A stretch of 64,000 bases of DNA from Octopus sinensis. Its lineage: Eukaryota. Positions 41,000 through 54,400 of the stretch are shown here, piece after piece (the first letter of the stretch is position 1; each line of letters opens with the position of its first letter). The stretch spans positions 63,562,464 to 63,626,463 of the forward strand of contig NC_043011.1 of the NCBI RefSeq assembly GCF_006345805.1, read 5' to 3'. The notes under the pieces were generated by a model, which was not told the DNA's origin, did no database searches, and saw nothing but the letters and a program-made list of their open reading frames with translations. The translations under genes and the position numbers were made by a program.

Positions 41000-41312
41000 T
41001 TTACTCTTTTACTTGTTTCAGTCATTTGACTGCGGCCATGCTGGAGCACCACCTTTAATCGAGCAACTCGACACCGGGACTTATTCTTTTTTAAGCCCAG
41101 TACTTATTCTATCGGTCTCTTTTGCCGAACCGCTAAGTAACGGGGACATAAACACACCAGCATCAGTTGTCAAGCAATGCTAGGGGGACAAACACACAAA
41201 CACACACACGCATATATATACATATATACGACGGGCTTCTTTCAGTTTCCGTCTACCAAATCCACTCACAAGGCTTTGGTCGGCCCGAGGCTATAGTAGA
41301 AGACACTTGCCC
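41000..41312 (-). mobile_element. Octopus SINE, head-truncated
   Basis: Near-consensus match to 44998-45393. Confidence 0.9.
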
Positions 41313-41469
41313 TGAAATTATAACCGAATATTCTCTTTGTTGAAAATGTGTATATTTGCAACTGAAGATGACGGTGCATTTCACAAGCATTAGGTTGCAT
41401 TGTTCTATTTAGTGGAAGCGCTTCAAAAGGCCGTATTGCCTTAGCACCTTGACATCATTGCTACTTATC

Positions 41470-41690
<221 letters not shown>

Positions 41691-42552
41691 TTTTGACAAA
41701 TTTACATATTTAAATCTAGTTGCATTCCAGTAATCAATTACCTCTAATAAACAAGTTTGAAGAGAATTATATTTAAAGATTGAAATGTAACGGTTACATA
41801 TGAGTGATTAGACTCGCGGGTTTCCGAAGATTGTCAGCAAAATACATCGGAACGATTGACTTAAACGTGTCAAGCAGGAATTACATTTGTCGAAATCGCT
41901 ATTGAAAAATTTACAAATAATTTTCGTCACCTTATTCAATGATTGCTGTAATGTTATAGATGTCAAAATGATGGAATGGGTTTTCATTCATTTAATCTAA
42001 GTGAATTATATCTATATCAACATCGTATATTCAATCTAAAAAGTTTGATGTATTCAGCTGTTAGGTATAGATATTTCAATGGTTGTATTCAAATAGGATA
42101 AATATTTCTGAATCTCGGTTATTATATGCCAAAGAAATCTCTTGGTTATAAAGCGATCGCAATATAGGACAATTGTAAGAATTATAAATTGTAGGGCAAT
42201 TGAGAGTGTGATACTGAAGGAGGTAGAGTAATGTTAGGAAAATTAAATCTTCTATATCTTGTGAATTTGCATCTTTAAATTCTAATTACACATTGCGCCA
42301 TATTTACTCCTCATGTGGAATTACACTTAAATGATAATCCGCGATAGTTACAACACTGGTGTTATAAGTTTTCACATGTTAAAGTGTTTAGATACGCATC
42401 TAATCAGCGAATTTAAAGTGGATCCGGGGATGTCATGTAATGTAGGATGGGTTGTATATAGCAAAATATGTTCGAAGCATATTCTAAGTATTTCAATATC
42501 GTTATGGACAAAAACCCGGTATAATACAATGTATATATATATATATATATCA

Positions 42553-42668
42553 CATGATCACATGACCGACCAGACCATCAGATGTTGCTACACATCGCTG
42601 GTCACAATGCGTTCGTATTGTTTTAGCCTTCGAGTGACGCCACCCCGCTGGCTAAGCGAGCAGGCCAA
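42553..42668 (-). mobile_element. SINE body fragment (family of 47922)
   Basis: Reverse complement of 48105-48215. Confidence 0.7.
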
Positions 42669-43628
42669 TATATATATATATCGTTAGAATATGACTGTAC
42701 GTGAGGAGTTTCGGTGACATATTTCCCCTCTTGTATAACAGCGCCCGGCCGCATCCCAGCATATCATAATATAATGTTATATAAGCCATAATACATGTTT
42801 AATATACAGTGCCAAAGTAAGTGAATAAAGGACGACAAAAACCGTTCTACTTTTATAAAGAGAAGATAGATTTTATTCACAGAGTACAAAGTGATTTGTT
42901 ATTATTAGCGTAGTGTTGTGTCATTAATTCATGCTTATAATATTTGTGTCTGTGTGTTCGTGTGTGCGACAGAAATACAGAATAGAGTATATGCAAATAC
43001 AACAGAGCATAAGAGAAGTCTCAACATTTTGAGTTTAAATGAAGTTACTTTAGAGTTATTTTACCAGTTCATGTAGTACACGATAATGAGTTCTATACAA
43101 TATTTGAGTCTCAGAGCTGAGATTAGTTGAGTCACTTGTTGTGCATATTTTTTCTTGATATAGATATTCTTTCAGATATATATACTGCAACTGTTTTTCC
43201 GTGGTGAGATTTTCACACTAACAGCATGAGTTGAATCTGTATTTATCTTGTTGTGTACAAGTTGAAATCTTCGTAGGTAGAGACGATGCTGGTGATGACG
43301 TTCTGTCTGTCGCTGGTTTACAATAGCATCTTCATTGTATGGTTGGCTTAGCTGTCGTCTGCCTTTTGAAATGGAACATGGTTGAGTAAGCTCTGTGTTG
43401 TCTCCGACCAAGACCTTAAAAGGTCTTAAGCCGAAAGACTATTTCTTTATTACCCACAAGGGGCCAACATAGAGAGACACAGAACAATCGTGGAACTTAA
43501 AATAATTATATAAGCGGATGAAAAAGGACGAAGAAAATTAAAATAATAATGAGTTATGAAAAGATATTTACAATGAGGTGTAATGCCCACCCGATCCCCG
43601 AAATCGGGTGGTTACATTTCGTCAGTTC

Positions 43629-43787
43629 TTTCACAGAATTTCACAATACATTTCACCGAATTTCAAAATACATTTCACAATATTTCAAAATATATTTTCA
43701 AAATACATTTCACATAATTTCAAAAATACATTTTACAGAGTTTCAAAATATATTTCACAGAATTTCGAAATACCTTTTCACAGAATT
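43629..43787. repeat. ~22-bp minisatellite (tttcacagaatttcaaaataca), about 7 units
   Basis: Direct sequence; each unit is built from two related ~11-nt halves. Confidence 0.9.
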
Positions 43788-43815
43788 ACTTGTAGGGTTT
43801 TTCTTTAACACAATT

Positions 43816-44620
43816 TTAGATAAATTGCAATTCTTGCACCAGATCATCGTAACACTCTATTGAACGTGGATGCCTTACCGATCGGCAAAACGCGTCTTCT
43901 AACACGTTCCCTCCGGCGGCCTCGATGAACCCATTGACACTGTCCCCATGAATTAGAACACCCCACTCGGTATCCATCTTAACCCGTGTATGTCCTTTTG
44001 TTCTGCTTATTAATTCTTCCATTTCAGGGCAGCTCCTGAATTGCGCTAACATTCCATAAAATCTGTGATGACGATTCGAACCTGTGCTTTCTCTTGTCTT
44101 CCTTTTATGATTTATTTCTTCTTTATTCTCCTCTCTTGGTTTCTCTCTTTCTCTCTTTTTGGCTTCTTTCTTTTCTTTCTCTTGTCTTTTTAGTTCTTTC
44201 TCTGTTGTCTCTCTATCTTGTGGCTTTTCTCTTGTTTCTTTTTCCTTTTCCTTTCTCTTGTCTCTGTTCTTTCTTTCGTTCGTTTTCTTTTGTTTCCCTA
44301 CCTTGTGTTTTTTGTTCTTTTCCTGTTGATTTTTTTCCCTTGTTTTCGTTTTCCTCCAGCGTACTGCCTTTTCCTTTCTCTTGTCGTTTACCTGTTGTTT
44401 CTTTTTTCTTGTCATCATTTTCCTTCAGTGCTCTATTCTTTCCATCTTCCTCTTCTTTTCCCTTCTCTTTCTTTTCCTCTTCTGTTGTCTTATTTCGTTC
44501 CATTTCTTTCTCCACTGTGAATTCATACAGAGGACATTCTGTTCTTATATGTCCCCTAGTTCCACACAAGTAACAGTTCGGCCTTCGTCCCTCTATATTT
44601 GAAATTGCGATATATGTAAA
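43816..44620 (-). mobile_element. LINE ORF1/gag-like remnant (L1/Tx1-like) with CCHC zinc knuckle and a Lys/Glu/Arg-rich region
   Basis: IEGRRPNCYLCGTRGHIRTECP = CX2CX4HX4C; followed by a purine-rich low-complexity tract across a frameshift. Confidence 0.6.
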
Positions 44621-44997
44621 CAAAGTTTGCTTTTTTTTACAAGCGTTGAAATGTATTGCAATTTACAGATATGGAAATAGTAACACCAAATGGCATAAAC
44701 AGGATAGAGATTTGAATAGCTTAAATAGGAGTTCGAGTCTCATGGCTGGCTTCTAACAAAACTTTGTGCAATTCAAGGATGTTCTATCTTCATTATGCTA
44801 TTCAGCATTATTATTATATGTTTGCAAATATAATATTTCTATATCTTTATATTTTAATAAATCTCGACGCTTCTAAATGAAAGGGATCATCGTTTGTTTA
44901 CATATATCGTAATTTCACATATAGCGTGTCTATTGGGGCTACATTTATAAGTTCCAAACTTGCAGACGAATTTGTTAGTGGGCAGTTTATTCTTTTA

Positions 44998-45393
44998 TTC
45001 TTTTACTTGTTTCAGTCATTTGACTGTGGCCATGCTGGAGCACCGCCTTTAGTCGAGCAAATCGACCCCGGGACTTATTCTTTGTAAGCCCAGTACTTAT
45101 TCTATCGGTCTCTCTTGCCGAACCGCTAAGTGACGGGAACGTAAACACACCAGCATCGGTTGTCAAGCAATGCTAGGGGGACAAACACAGACACACAAAC
45201 ACACACACACACACCCACATATATATATACGACAGGCTTCTTTCAGTTTCCGTCTACCAAATCCATTCACAAGGCATTGGTCGGCCCGGGGCTATAGCAG
45301 AAGACACTTGCCCAAGATGCCACTCAGTGGGACTGAACACAGATCCATGTGGTTGGTTAGCAAGCTACTTACCATGCAGCCACTCCTGCGCCT
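44998..45393 (-). mobile_element. Full-length Octopus tRNA-derived SINE
   Basis: Minus-strand head aggcgcaggagtggctgcatggtaagtagcttgc..gttcagtccc plus body and tail. Confidence 0.92.
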
Positions 45394-45437
45394 AGTTTAG
45401 CCACTCCAGTTTAGCTGAAAGTTAGAGCACAATGACC

Positions 45438-46370
45438 TGTAATCACAGAGATGGGGTTCGAATAAATAATGGAAACACCTTAAAATTTCAAACGAAGTTA
45501 TTGTAATATGGGGTAGGACCGCCCTTGGCAGTAATTACAGCTATTGACTCGTACAAAGTTTGAATTGTTTCCAAAGGAGTTTTTGTCCATTATTCAACTA
45601 AAACAGTATCCAGTTCTTGCAGTGATGAAGGTGGAGGATATCAACTTCTTAATTGTTTTTCTAAAATGCATCATAAATGTCCAATAATATTGAGATCTGG
45701 GGACTGTGGTAGCCAGATAAGATATTCAACGACATCACTAGAATGTCCCTTGTACCATTGAGTAAAAATTTAAGACCTGTGAATTGGTGCATTTTCATCC
45801 TGAAAGATTGCATTTCCCTCCAGAAACAGTTCCACAAACATAGGATGAATTTGATCAGATAAAATGCTTAAATGGTCTTCACTATTAATTCTCCCATGAA
45901 GGGAAACCATTGCGCTGGCGGATTTGCAAGATATGCCCCCGCCGATCATCACAGGTCCTCCTCTATGTTTAACAGCTGGAAGAAGGCAGTCCGGGTCAAA
46001 TAATTATTTTGGCTGACTCCACATGTATACTCCGAGGGTGGTCGAAAATAAAGTGAATGATGACTCGTCCGAGAAAATGACATTCTTCCTCTACTATAGG
46101 GACTAAGTCTGTAGGTTTTTAGTCCACTCTAAACGCTTTGCAACTTTGTTTTTGGAAGTAGGGGTTCCCTGAATGCAGCCCTCCCATGTAATCCGGCTTT
46201 GTGCAGCTCCCAGAGAAAACAGTTTTTGTGGAAAGTAGGATCTCCAGGTGGTCATTAAGCTCTGCAGTAAGTTTTGGTGTAGTACTTTTGTGATTCTTTG
46301 TAATAATTCGCACATGTGCCCGACGGTCCCTACCTGAAAGTTTTTTTTTTCTTTCGAAGTTTTATTTCAA
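45438..46370 (-). mobile_element. Tc1 (DD34E) transposon remnant
   Basis: RIITKNHKSTTPKLTAELNDHLE..STKTV (HTH); FSDESSF; MIGGGIS..SLHGRINSEDHLSILSDQIHP..FQDENAPIH; WLPQSPDLNII. Confidence 0.9.
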
Positions 46371-47824
46371 CGAAGAGGTTTCTCCATCTTTCCCAAAGGC
46401 TGTCATCATCATTATTATCATCACCATCATCCCAGCATCATCACCAGCACCGCCATCATCATCATCCTCAACCACGTCACCATCATTATTATTGTGGATA
46501 TTATTCTTCTTATTGTTGTTATATATTTGAACAGTATTCTGAAGTCTTACTTTTCCAAATGGTTTTACGCTTTTACATATAAGTTCATATTGTCTTTAAT
46601 GTTCTGCTTCAAAGCTGCTTCTCTTTGATTTGTGTTCTTGTAAAGATCGATTGGAGAAACAAAATATCTTTGACTAGAATAATGTCTGCTGCTTGTTAAC
46701 TAATTGCAAATAAAGGTTTTAAAGCTTGCGATGCCAATTGCGATTGACCCCTGTTAACCAATTTAGGATAATAGCGCTGCATGTTTGACCGACTTTCTAA
46801 ATTCATTTCCTCCTAAGGCTGATCTGAGGAGGTTCTACGCCTTCTGAAGTTTCTAGATATTGAACTTCGAATATGCCTTCAGGAAATGGCGAGTGATTTA
46901 GCTTATAAAATTATGGTGTAAATCATTACGTGTAAAAACCGTCCCCTGCTATTGAAAAACTTGTTGCATGTACTGAAGTATTAATATCTGCAGAAACCAG
47001 ACATTAACATACCCGGTTATAGCACGAACAAAATCCGTTTAACGGACACATGACAAGCGTTAATGTAGGAAACGCTCAGCAACGTTCACGTGAAGTTTAT
47101 ATGGCTTCATGTTTGAGGTCTCCCTTCCCGTGTGTGTATTAGCCACATGTGCGTGTATATGTGTATGTTTCTGTATGTGTGTGTGCATGGACGCGCAGTT
47201 GTCTGCCCATATCCAATATACATAGACACTAACTCCAATATATTTATGGCCCGTTACGTAGAAAGTGGATACTCAGAACTCGATAAAATAAATCATAAAT
47301 ATAAAAACGCATAATATTGGCATTTATGTAGGCAACCCATACGGAAGGTTCGGTCTATATGGCCTTACTGTTTGCATGGTTAGTCTTCCAAGGACATTCA
47401 CTAATTTTGATGAGAGTAAAGCATGAAATTTATAGACATATCAAGCTTTGATGTATTAAATAACATTTTTAAATGGGATTCGTAATCATATGCTGTTTTT
47501 TGCACACACTCTGATCTCATCTTATAATGTGATTCTTTTGTTCCAGACATTAAACAGCTGCCGTGCAGCGATATCTCATTGAAGGCTGTGTTCAATAGAA
47601 TAGGCCAATATTTTATTTCCCTAAATCTGCTACACGTACCATCACGATTTTCTTTAATTTTACTGTACGTCTGTCATGAAACTATTAGAGACAAACTAAT
47701 TGAAGGATACATAAGCACATATACATATGTACTGATTCTTTCTCTCCCTGTCTCTCTCTCTCCCTTATACACACACACAAATACATATATGCATATATAT
47801 AACTACACCCACCACACACCACAC

Positions 47825-47914
<90 letters not shown>

Positions 47915-47921
47915 TGTGTGT

Positions 47922-48225
47922 GTGAAGGCGCAATGTCCCGGTGGTTAGGACAGCGGACTCGCGGTTGTAGGATCGCGGTTTCGATTCCCGTTGTGAGTGT
48001 TTATTGAGCGAAAACACCTAAAGCTCTACGATGCTTCGGCAGGGAATCGTGGTGATCCCTGCTGTACTCTTTCGCCACAACTGTCTCTCATTCTTTATTC
48101 TGTTGGCCTGCTCGCTTAGCCAGTGGGGTGGTGTCATTTGAAGGCTAAAACAATGCGAAGCGCATTGTGACCAGTGATGTGTAAGAACGTCTGATAGCCT
48201 GGTCGGTCACGGTTATCATGGTGAT
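47922..48225 (+). mobile_element. tRNA-derived SINE
   Basis: gtgaaggcgcaatgtcccggtggttagg..ggtttcgattccc head (A and B boxes) plus conserved body. Confidence 0.85.
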
Positions 48226-48799
48226 ACATATATATAGATGACACACACAAAATTATTCGAAATTATAAGGACACAGATCGTGTCGTATAGGCAGCTGCAG
48301 ACTATATCTCCTGGGACTAAATTCCAGCAACATTCGTCCTAAACCAGGACTACCATGTTATGTTGGCAAATAATCTTTACATTTAAATACTTGCTGAACA
48401 TTTACCAAACATTTACTTCGCACTAAACGAAGACACAAACACAAATATTTCATCGGGTTTATTTCAGAAAGCAGCAAAGGTTTGGTTGAAATGACGGAAA
48501 TATATGAAATGTTCGTTTGTTTGAGAAACTAATATGGATTAACATGTTTCTAATACGCATACAGCACTTCTAAGAACTTGTGCCAACGCAGGTATATTTA
48601 AGTATACGAACATACCTAATGCATACATACACACACACACATGCACGCGCACACGCACAAACGCACGTATATACATACAAGAGCGTCTTGATGTTTGTCA
48701 TACGGTCTATGGAATGGGGAGTTTCTTCAATTGGATCGATAGTGTCTTGCACAAAATAATGCCAGTTCCTAACATTTATTCATGTTGCAAGTTGTCAAA

Positions 48800-48965
48800 A
48801 CAGGCGCCGGTATGACTGTGATAAGGCACTTGATTCTCTACCACATGGTTCCAGGTTCAGTCCCACTGCGTGCCACCTTGGGCAAGTGTTTTCTACTATA
48901 GTCTCGGGCCGACCAAAACCTTGTGAGTAGATTTGGTAGATTGAAACGGAAAGAAGACACACGTA
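48800..48965 (+). mobile_element. Octopus SINE 5' half, opposite orientation to 44998
   Basis: ccacatggttccaggttcagtcccactgcgtgccaccttgggcaagtg. Confidence 0.85.
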
Positions 48966-48993
48966 TATATGTGTAACTACACACGCACACACG

Positions 48994-49009
<16 letters not shown>

Positions 49010-49027
<18 letters not shown>

Positions 49028-51404
49028 ACAAAGGATGCCTCTGCATGTAGTACGTATACATTTCTACAGTTTTCAGATTTCCACCAAACTTTACACATGC
49101 ATTACTTACGTGCCAAAGTTCGTCCAGCATTATGCACTTTTACCCAGAACTCCCGCGTTAACCGCGAAAAAAGGTGCCTTATACCGGTTTTTGTCTTAAA
49201 ACTTCGGGAGATATTAACTGATTCTCTCTCTTTTCTCTCTGTTTATTTCTATTCTCTTTCTTTTTCTCACTCTCTGTTTTTCCGGCTTACACATATTCTC
49301 TCACCCTCTATAACATTTCCTCGGTTTTAGTCTATTCTTCCCTCTCTCTCTCTCCCTCTCACTCTCTTTAACTCACTCAATTTTGTCTTCAAATTAGCTT
49401 GCTCGTATAGTTAGTCGTATTTAAACATATGTTTTCGTGCTTCTTGTACGTTCTCCATGAAACATAATTTTGTTATCTTTAATCTTTGTTCCTCCACTGT
49501 GTTTAAATTCAGTTTTGCCACATCTGTCTAAAAATTGACCTCACTCTACTTCAGTTTTATAGTGCGTAAATATCTTTGTCTTTACGATATTTGTTTTCCC
49601 CACAACATAACTTATTTTAACATACTTGGACACTGTCAATACTATTTACATTTCTCCCTCTAACGAAAACATTGGTGCGTACGGTCGCGCATGCGTACGT
49701 ATGACAGCTACGGTACACATACAGCCGATAAGTCTTTATTACTAACCAATGAGATTTGAAACACGCCACCGAGCAGCCATGCGATAGAAAAAGCTATCCT
49801 AAAGCGGCTCACGCTTTTTTCGCTCAATCTATTTTCCTATAGAGATTCATATGCTCAAATGGAGTTTGTAAGTTCAGTCTACAAATTGACTAATTTATAT
49901 TTTAATAAATTAGTCGTGCGTAAAAATATCTTTTGTTACAGTTTTTTTAAAATATTTTCCCTGAAATATATTTTAGTTATTTTTCCTTTTCATTCACCCA
50001 GAGTGTTTAAATTCTGTTTTGCCATATATGGCTATTGACTTCAGTCTATTGCAATTGTGTCGTGCGTAAATATCTTTGTCATCACGGTTTTGGTACGTTC
50101 TCTCAACAAAGGATGTCTGTGTGTCCGTGTTTGTACTACGTCTTCATACTAAGTATCCCTGTTATTTCGTCCCTAGCGAAAATTCCCTTTACTTTCAAGA
50201 GGTTGCAATTCCCAGTCCCTGTGCATTTTGCTATATAGATCAACAAATCGCCGGTTCAATCGCTTTCTGTGACAAGACTTTACCCGGGGAATCGTGATTT
50301 TCACACAGGCGATTGTATGTAGGCTGCTTCAGAATGGGGACCAAAAAAACCCCATCCATTCTTATTTTCCCTGCATGGTAAAACAAAAATTATTGTCTTC
50401 AGAGAGGTTTTGTAGGCTTTCTAAATACCTACCTCCACGCGCCTTTCAGACTACTTGCTCCAATAAGCTCACAATTTGTGTAACTACCAAAAACAAGTGC
50501 GTACGAAGAAAGGCTGGTCGAGATGTTGAGGGGCATATTGGTAATTGCCTTGGGAGAGATTACACAGTCGATCCCAGTCAACGGGTGTGTTTCCAGGATC
50601 CTTCGCAATCAACAAGAGTGTTTCATCCTGAGTCTTTTACTGCATGAAATCAGAGGACCAACGTGTTTCCACGACCTGAAAACATATTGATGGTAAAGTA
50701 TGTAGAACATACCAGGAGGCATGCTTCAAGCACGGGGCACAATGTCATGCATCGCTGGCAGAGGCCGATGCATCGAAGTCCCCCAAAGTCTCACGGCACT
50801 GTTTGCACTGATACTGTAAACATGCTTGCTATGTGATCCCAGTTCCTTTTGTTTCGAGTACAGGGACGTGGAAAGGGAGAGGACGTATTCGTACTGAGGA
50901 TTCCCCTTATTCCGTCGGGAGCGGTAATCCACTTTACTTTCAAACGGTTGCAATTTCCTGTTCGTGTAAGTTATATGATGTCGAGGGGCAAACACTCTCT
51001 GTGGCAGGACATCACCTGAAGAACTCGTTAGCAGCGCTGTCGAAGTTGGTATGTTTGTATAGATTTGTATGTTTTTACTGAAAATTTGACTCTACTGTAC
51101 GTTTTAGTCATTTTAAATTTCAATATTCTTTCTTTTTTAGTTGTATTTTATCAATATTAAGTCGTTTCACATCTACATATATTTCAGATTTTCTAAGAAA
51201 AAGAAACTGTATTCCTTCTATTTTTCCGGTTGTAACATATTTCAAAAATATTTTATACGTCTTCGTGGTGTTTCGTACGTTTGCTATGAGATTCTGTAGG
51301 TTTTTCAAAAACGCATCGGCAGCGCTGGTATTTTGACAGGAAAATAAGTGTTTTTACAATGACGAAGCGTTCACACCCCGAGCAACGCCGGGTGCCTCTG
51401 CTAG
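49010..51404 (+). mobile_element. Non-autonomous Helitron with RepHel/Pif1 fragments (5' end approximate)
   Basis: 3' hairpin cccg-a-gc-aac-gc-cggg, then CTAG|T at 51401-51405. Fragments: LGRDYTV.P..QQECFILSLLLHEIRGPTCFHDLKT.DG.VC.TYQEAC and GKGEDVFVLRIPLIPS..FTFKRLQFPVR..GQTLSVAG. Confidence 0.85.
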
Positions 51405-51435
51405 TATGTATATGTATGTATGTGTCTGTATATGC

Positions 51436-51466
<31 letters not shown>

Positions 51467-54400
51467 CGTGTATGTGTGTGGGTGGGTGGGTGTGTGTGTT
51501 CCTAAAGCTAAGAAGTACATAATAATTATAATAAAATCCAACCGCTATAGAATATGCTATAGCAAAGGATATACTACAGATTTAAAAGACAAATAAATTA
51601 CTCAGTAAATATTCAGTGGAATTAAAGAATGTGGAGTCTAAAGTCAATAAGGTTCAACAACGGTTCCCAAAATTTCCTTCATGTAGCCGGAATTTCCCAT
51701 CATTGCCCCCTTCTGTCAAAACTGCTATATATCACAAACGAAAGCTTATTATCGCAACACTTTATTGCTCTGTAATTTTGTTTCAGGCATCAGGTTTTCT
51801 TCATATTGGCCTATAAAGAGAAGAAAATAATGAATATATTGACATATGGATTGTCTCTATAATGTTCCAAAGTCGTAAAGAATTTTATTGGAAATGCTTA
51901 AATGTAATATCACTGTTTTGTCATATATTTAACTATCATTTATAGAAGACTTCGTCACTATATAGTATTGTAATAACTCTATAACAATAACCTTATATCC
52001 TTTTATTTGTAATATGAAAGTCATAAAAGTTGCTTACGATAGTTGAAAGAGTTTATTCGATAATATATTTTTTATTGTTATTAGTAATATAGTTATCTCT
52101 CTATTGGACAGCAGTGTGACAGATACAATTCGGTTAAACTCAATACGGATTTCAATTAACTGAATGCTTGTATCATCAACATTACAGTGCGAATGAGTGA
52201 TCTGTATATATAGGTCCACTAAAATACGACGGATATTACGACGTTCCTTCTTAAAACTAAATTAAAATTTGATGTACTTGCCATTGCAATGTTTCACGGA
52301 ACACAGATATTTAGTTACAAACTAAAATCATTTACTTTGCTTTTCGGTAGAGGAACAGAACAAAATGAGATTAAATATATTTCCATAGGGAAATATCAAA
52401 CAACATTCATATGTCTGTATATGCACAGACCCTTCCCGCAAACAGACACCTCACACCCACAGATACGCATACATACAGGCATATCCATATTACATGGGAA
52501 AATGCAAGCAGGAGAAATAATATTCATAATATTATAAAGATGGAAAATTACAGGACAAGTTATTACATCTGGTTAAGTATATAACGGGAAAATGTTTACT
52601 TAAAATATTTGAAATGAAATATTTAGATTTGGAAAATATTAGCTTTTATTAAAACTAAATAACATTGTTACTTCTATTGAAAATATAAACAATAACTGAA
52701 TTAAAATATTTTTGTACTTAAAAACAATTCATTTATCATATTATTAATTATTAATTAGAAATTTGATAATATCTCATACAAAATAATAGTAGTACATAAT
52801 TAGTCAGTACAATAACTAGATTAATACAACAATTAGTTACGTTAAAATCTACACATTTTTATACTTGGCCCAATACTTATCTTTTTACATAAATAATTGA
52901 TCTATCATATATACCATTCTACTTCGCATAAAACTTCCGCCATATTGCTACTCCTTGCTCTCACTTTTTCAGTATTCTACTGTGTCAATATTTTAACAAA
53001 ATGATGGTTTCTTTTTTTAATTATAATGTTACTTTCTAAATTAAAATCAAAAAATGTTTAGCATTCAAATTTTATCCCTGGCTAAAATATTGTACTTAAA
53101 ATGTTTCTTGTTCTGTACTTTACCAGATGTAATACCTCGTCCTCAACTTTTCCAAGTTTAATAACTTGTCCTGTAATTTTCCTGGTTTATAATCTTAAGA
53201 ATATTATATCTCTTCCTTGCATGTTTCCATGTAATCCATTTTTTTCTAGGCTATGCTATTATGCTAATTAATTGTGTGTCAAATGTGTCAATTAATGTTG
53301 TCGTTGATAACATTTTCCTTACTTCAATGATGCCGGTGACATATATTAAAAGCTCCCTTATAGAACTATATTCTTTAAAATGTATAGAACTATCGAACTC
53401 AAATTTGAGAAACAAACACTTATAACTTTTTTTCTTTTAAAACACCATTGCATGAAACTGATACCATGACATTCCTGGAATTGAGCTCAATCATTTAAGC
53501 TTAATTAAACTATACTTTGTTTTTGAAATAAAAAAGTTTATTATACTTAAATCCAATTTTTGGCTTTATATGTTTCCATGGTATTTTATCACACCATTTT
53601 TTAGGCACAAATTTTTGCTGCATGGGATCAAAGCTATGAAATTCTTCACACTTTCTTATATCATTGAAGCTAAGATAAATGTATTTTACTGTTGAAATGG
53701 AAAGGTTATTGAGATCTAAACTTGATTGCTGGCGTTACTCACTCTCCTACAACGTTACTACAAATGTTGAGGCAAACTTTTTCCTACTGGACCAAATCTA
53801 CATTTCTGTATGCCACAATATAGCTACCGAAAAGTCATCTTCCGAAATGGTAACAGGATTCAATTTGGTTATGAACTGAATTAGCCGCAAGCTTTCAAAA
53901 ATGCTCTGTATGAGTAAATTGCGGCCTTAAGAATATTATTCAACTACTACCGTAGTTGAATGGTATACATGCATACACAGAAACGCCTATATTTATGGAG
54001 CATTGTAGAAATGGAAGTGTATTAACACTTCACTACATGCTACAATTATTTTAATAAAATATAAATTTAGTTGCATTTAATATATTGCAGCATTATTAAA
54101 TGTGTTAGTCTTCGGTATTTCATTATGTAAGTTCCAACAAGCGGAAAGCTGCAAGCAAACTGCAAAACAAATTTAACCTGTGGAAATATGAGGAGTATTT
54201 ATTGATAAACTAAATCATGTTAAATTAGGAACTTGGCCACTCAACTAGCGTTATCATAGTGGCATCAGAATTACAAATTTTCGATAGGAATGCTGCTATG
54301 AGAACTTAGATATTCAGAGTCGGATGTTTTTGACCGGTGATTTATTCGATAGTTGATGAACAACAGATGTGCTTCTAGTTCAATTAATTAATCCTTAAAT

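Noticed and set aside
43629-43787. Regularly spaced repeat that might suggest a CRISPR array
   Set aside because: The units are contiguous with no unique spacers, in a eukaryotic context
47922-47995. tRNA-like A and B boxes (also at 14805, 17432, 56882, 59560)
   Set aside because: No complete cloverleaf, and each continues into a shared repeat body; these are SINE heads, not tRNA genes
51616-51720. Minus-strand GGNDGKFRL (cadherin-like) or MGNSGYMKEILGTVVEPY (Tc1-like) snippet
   Set aside because: Too short, closed by stops, and ambiguous between the two readings
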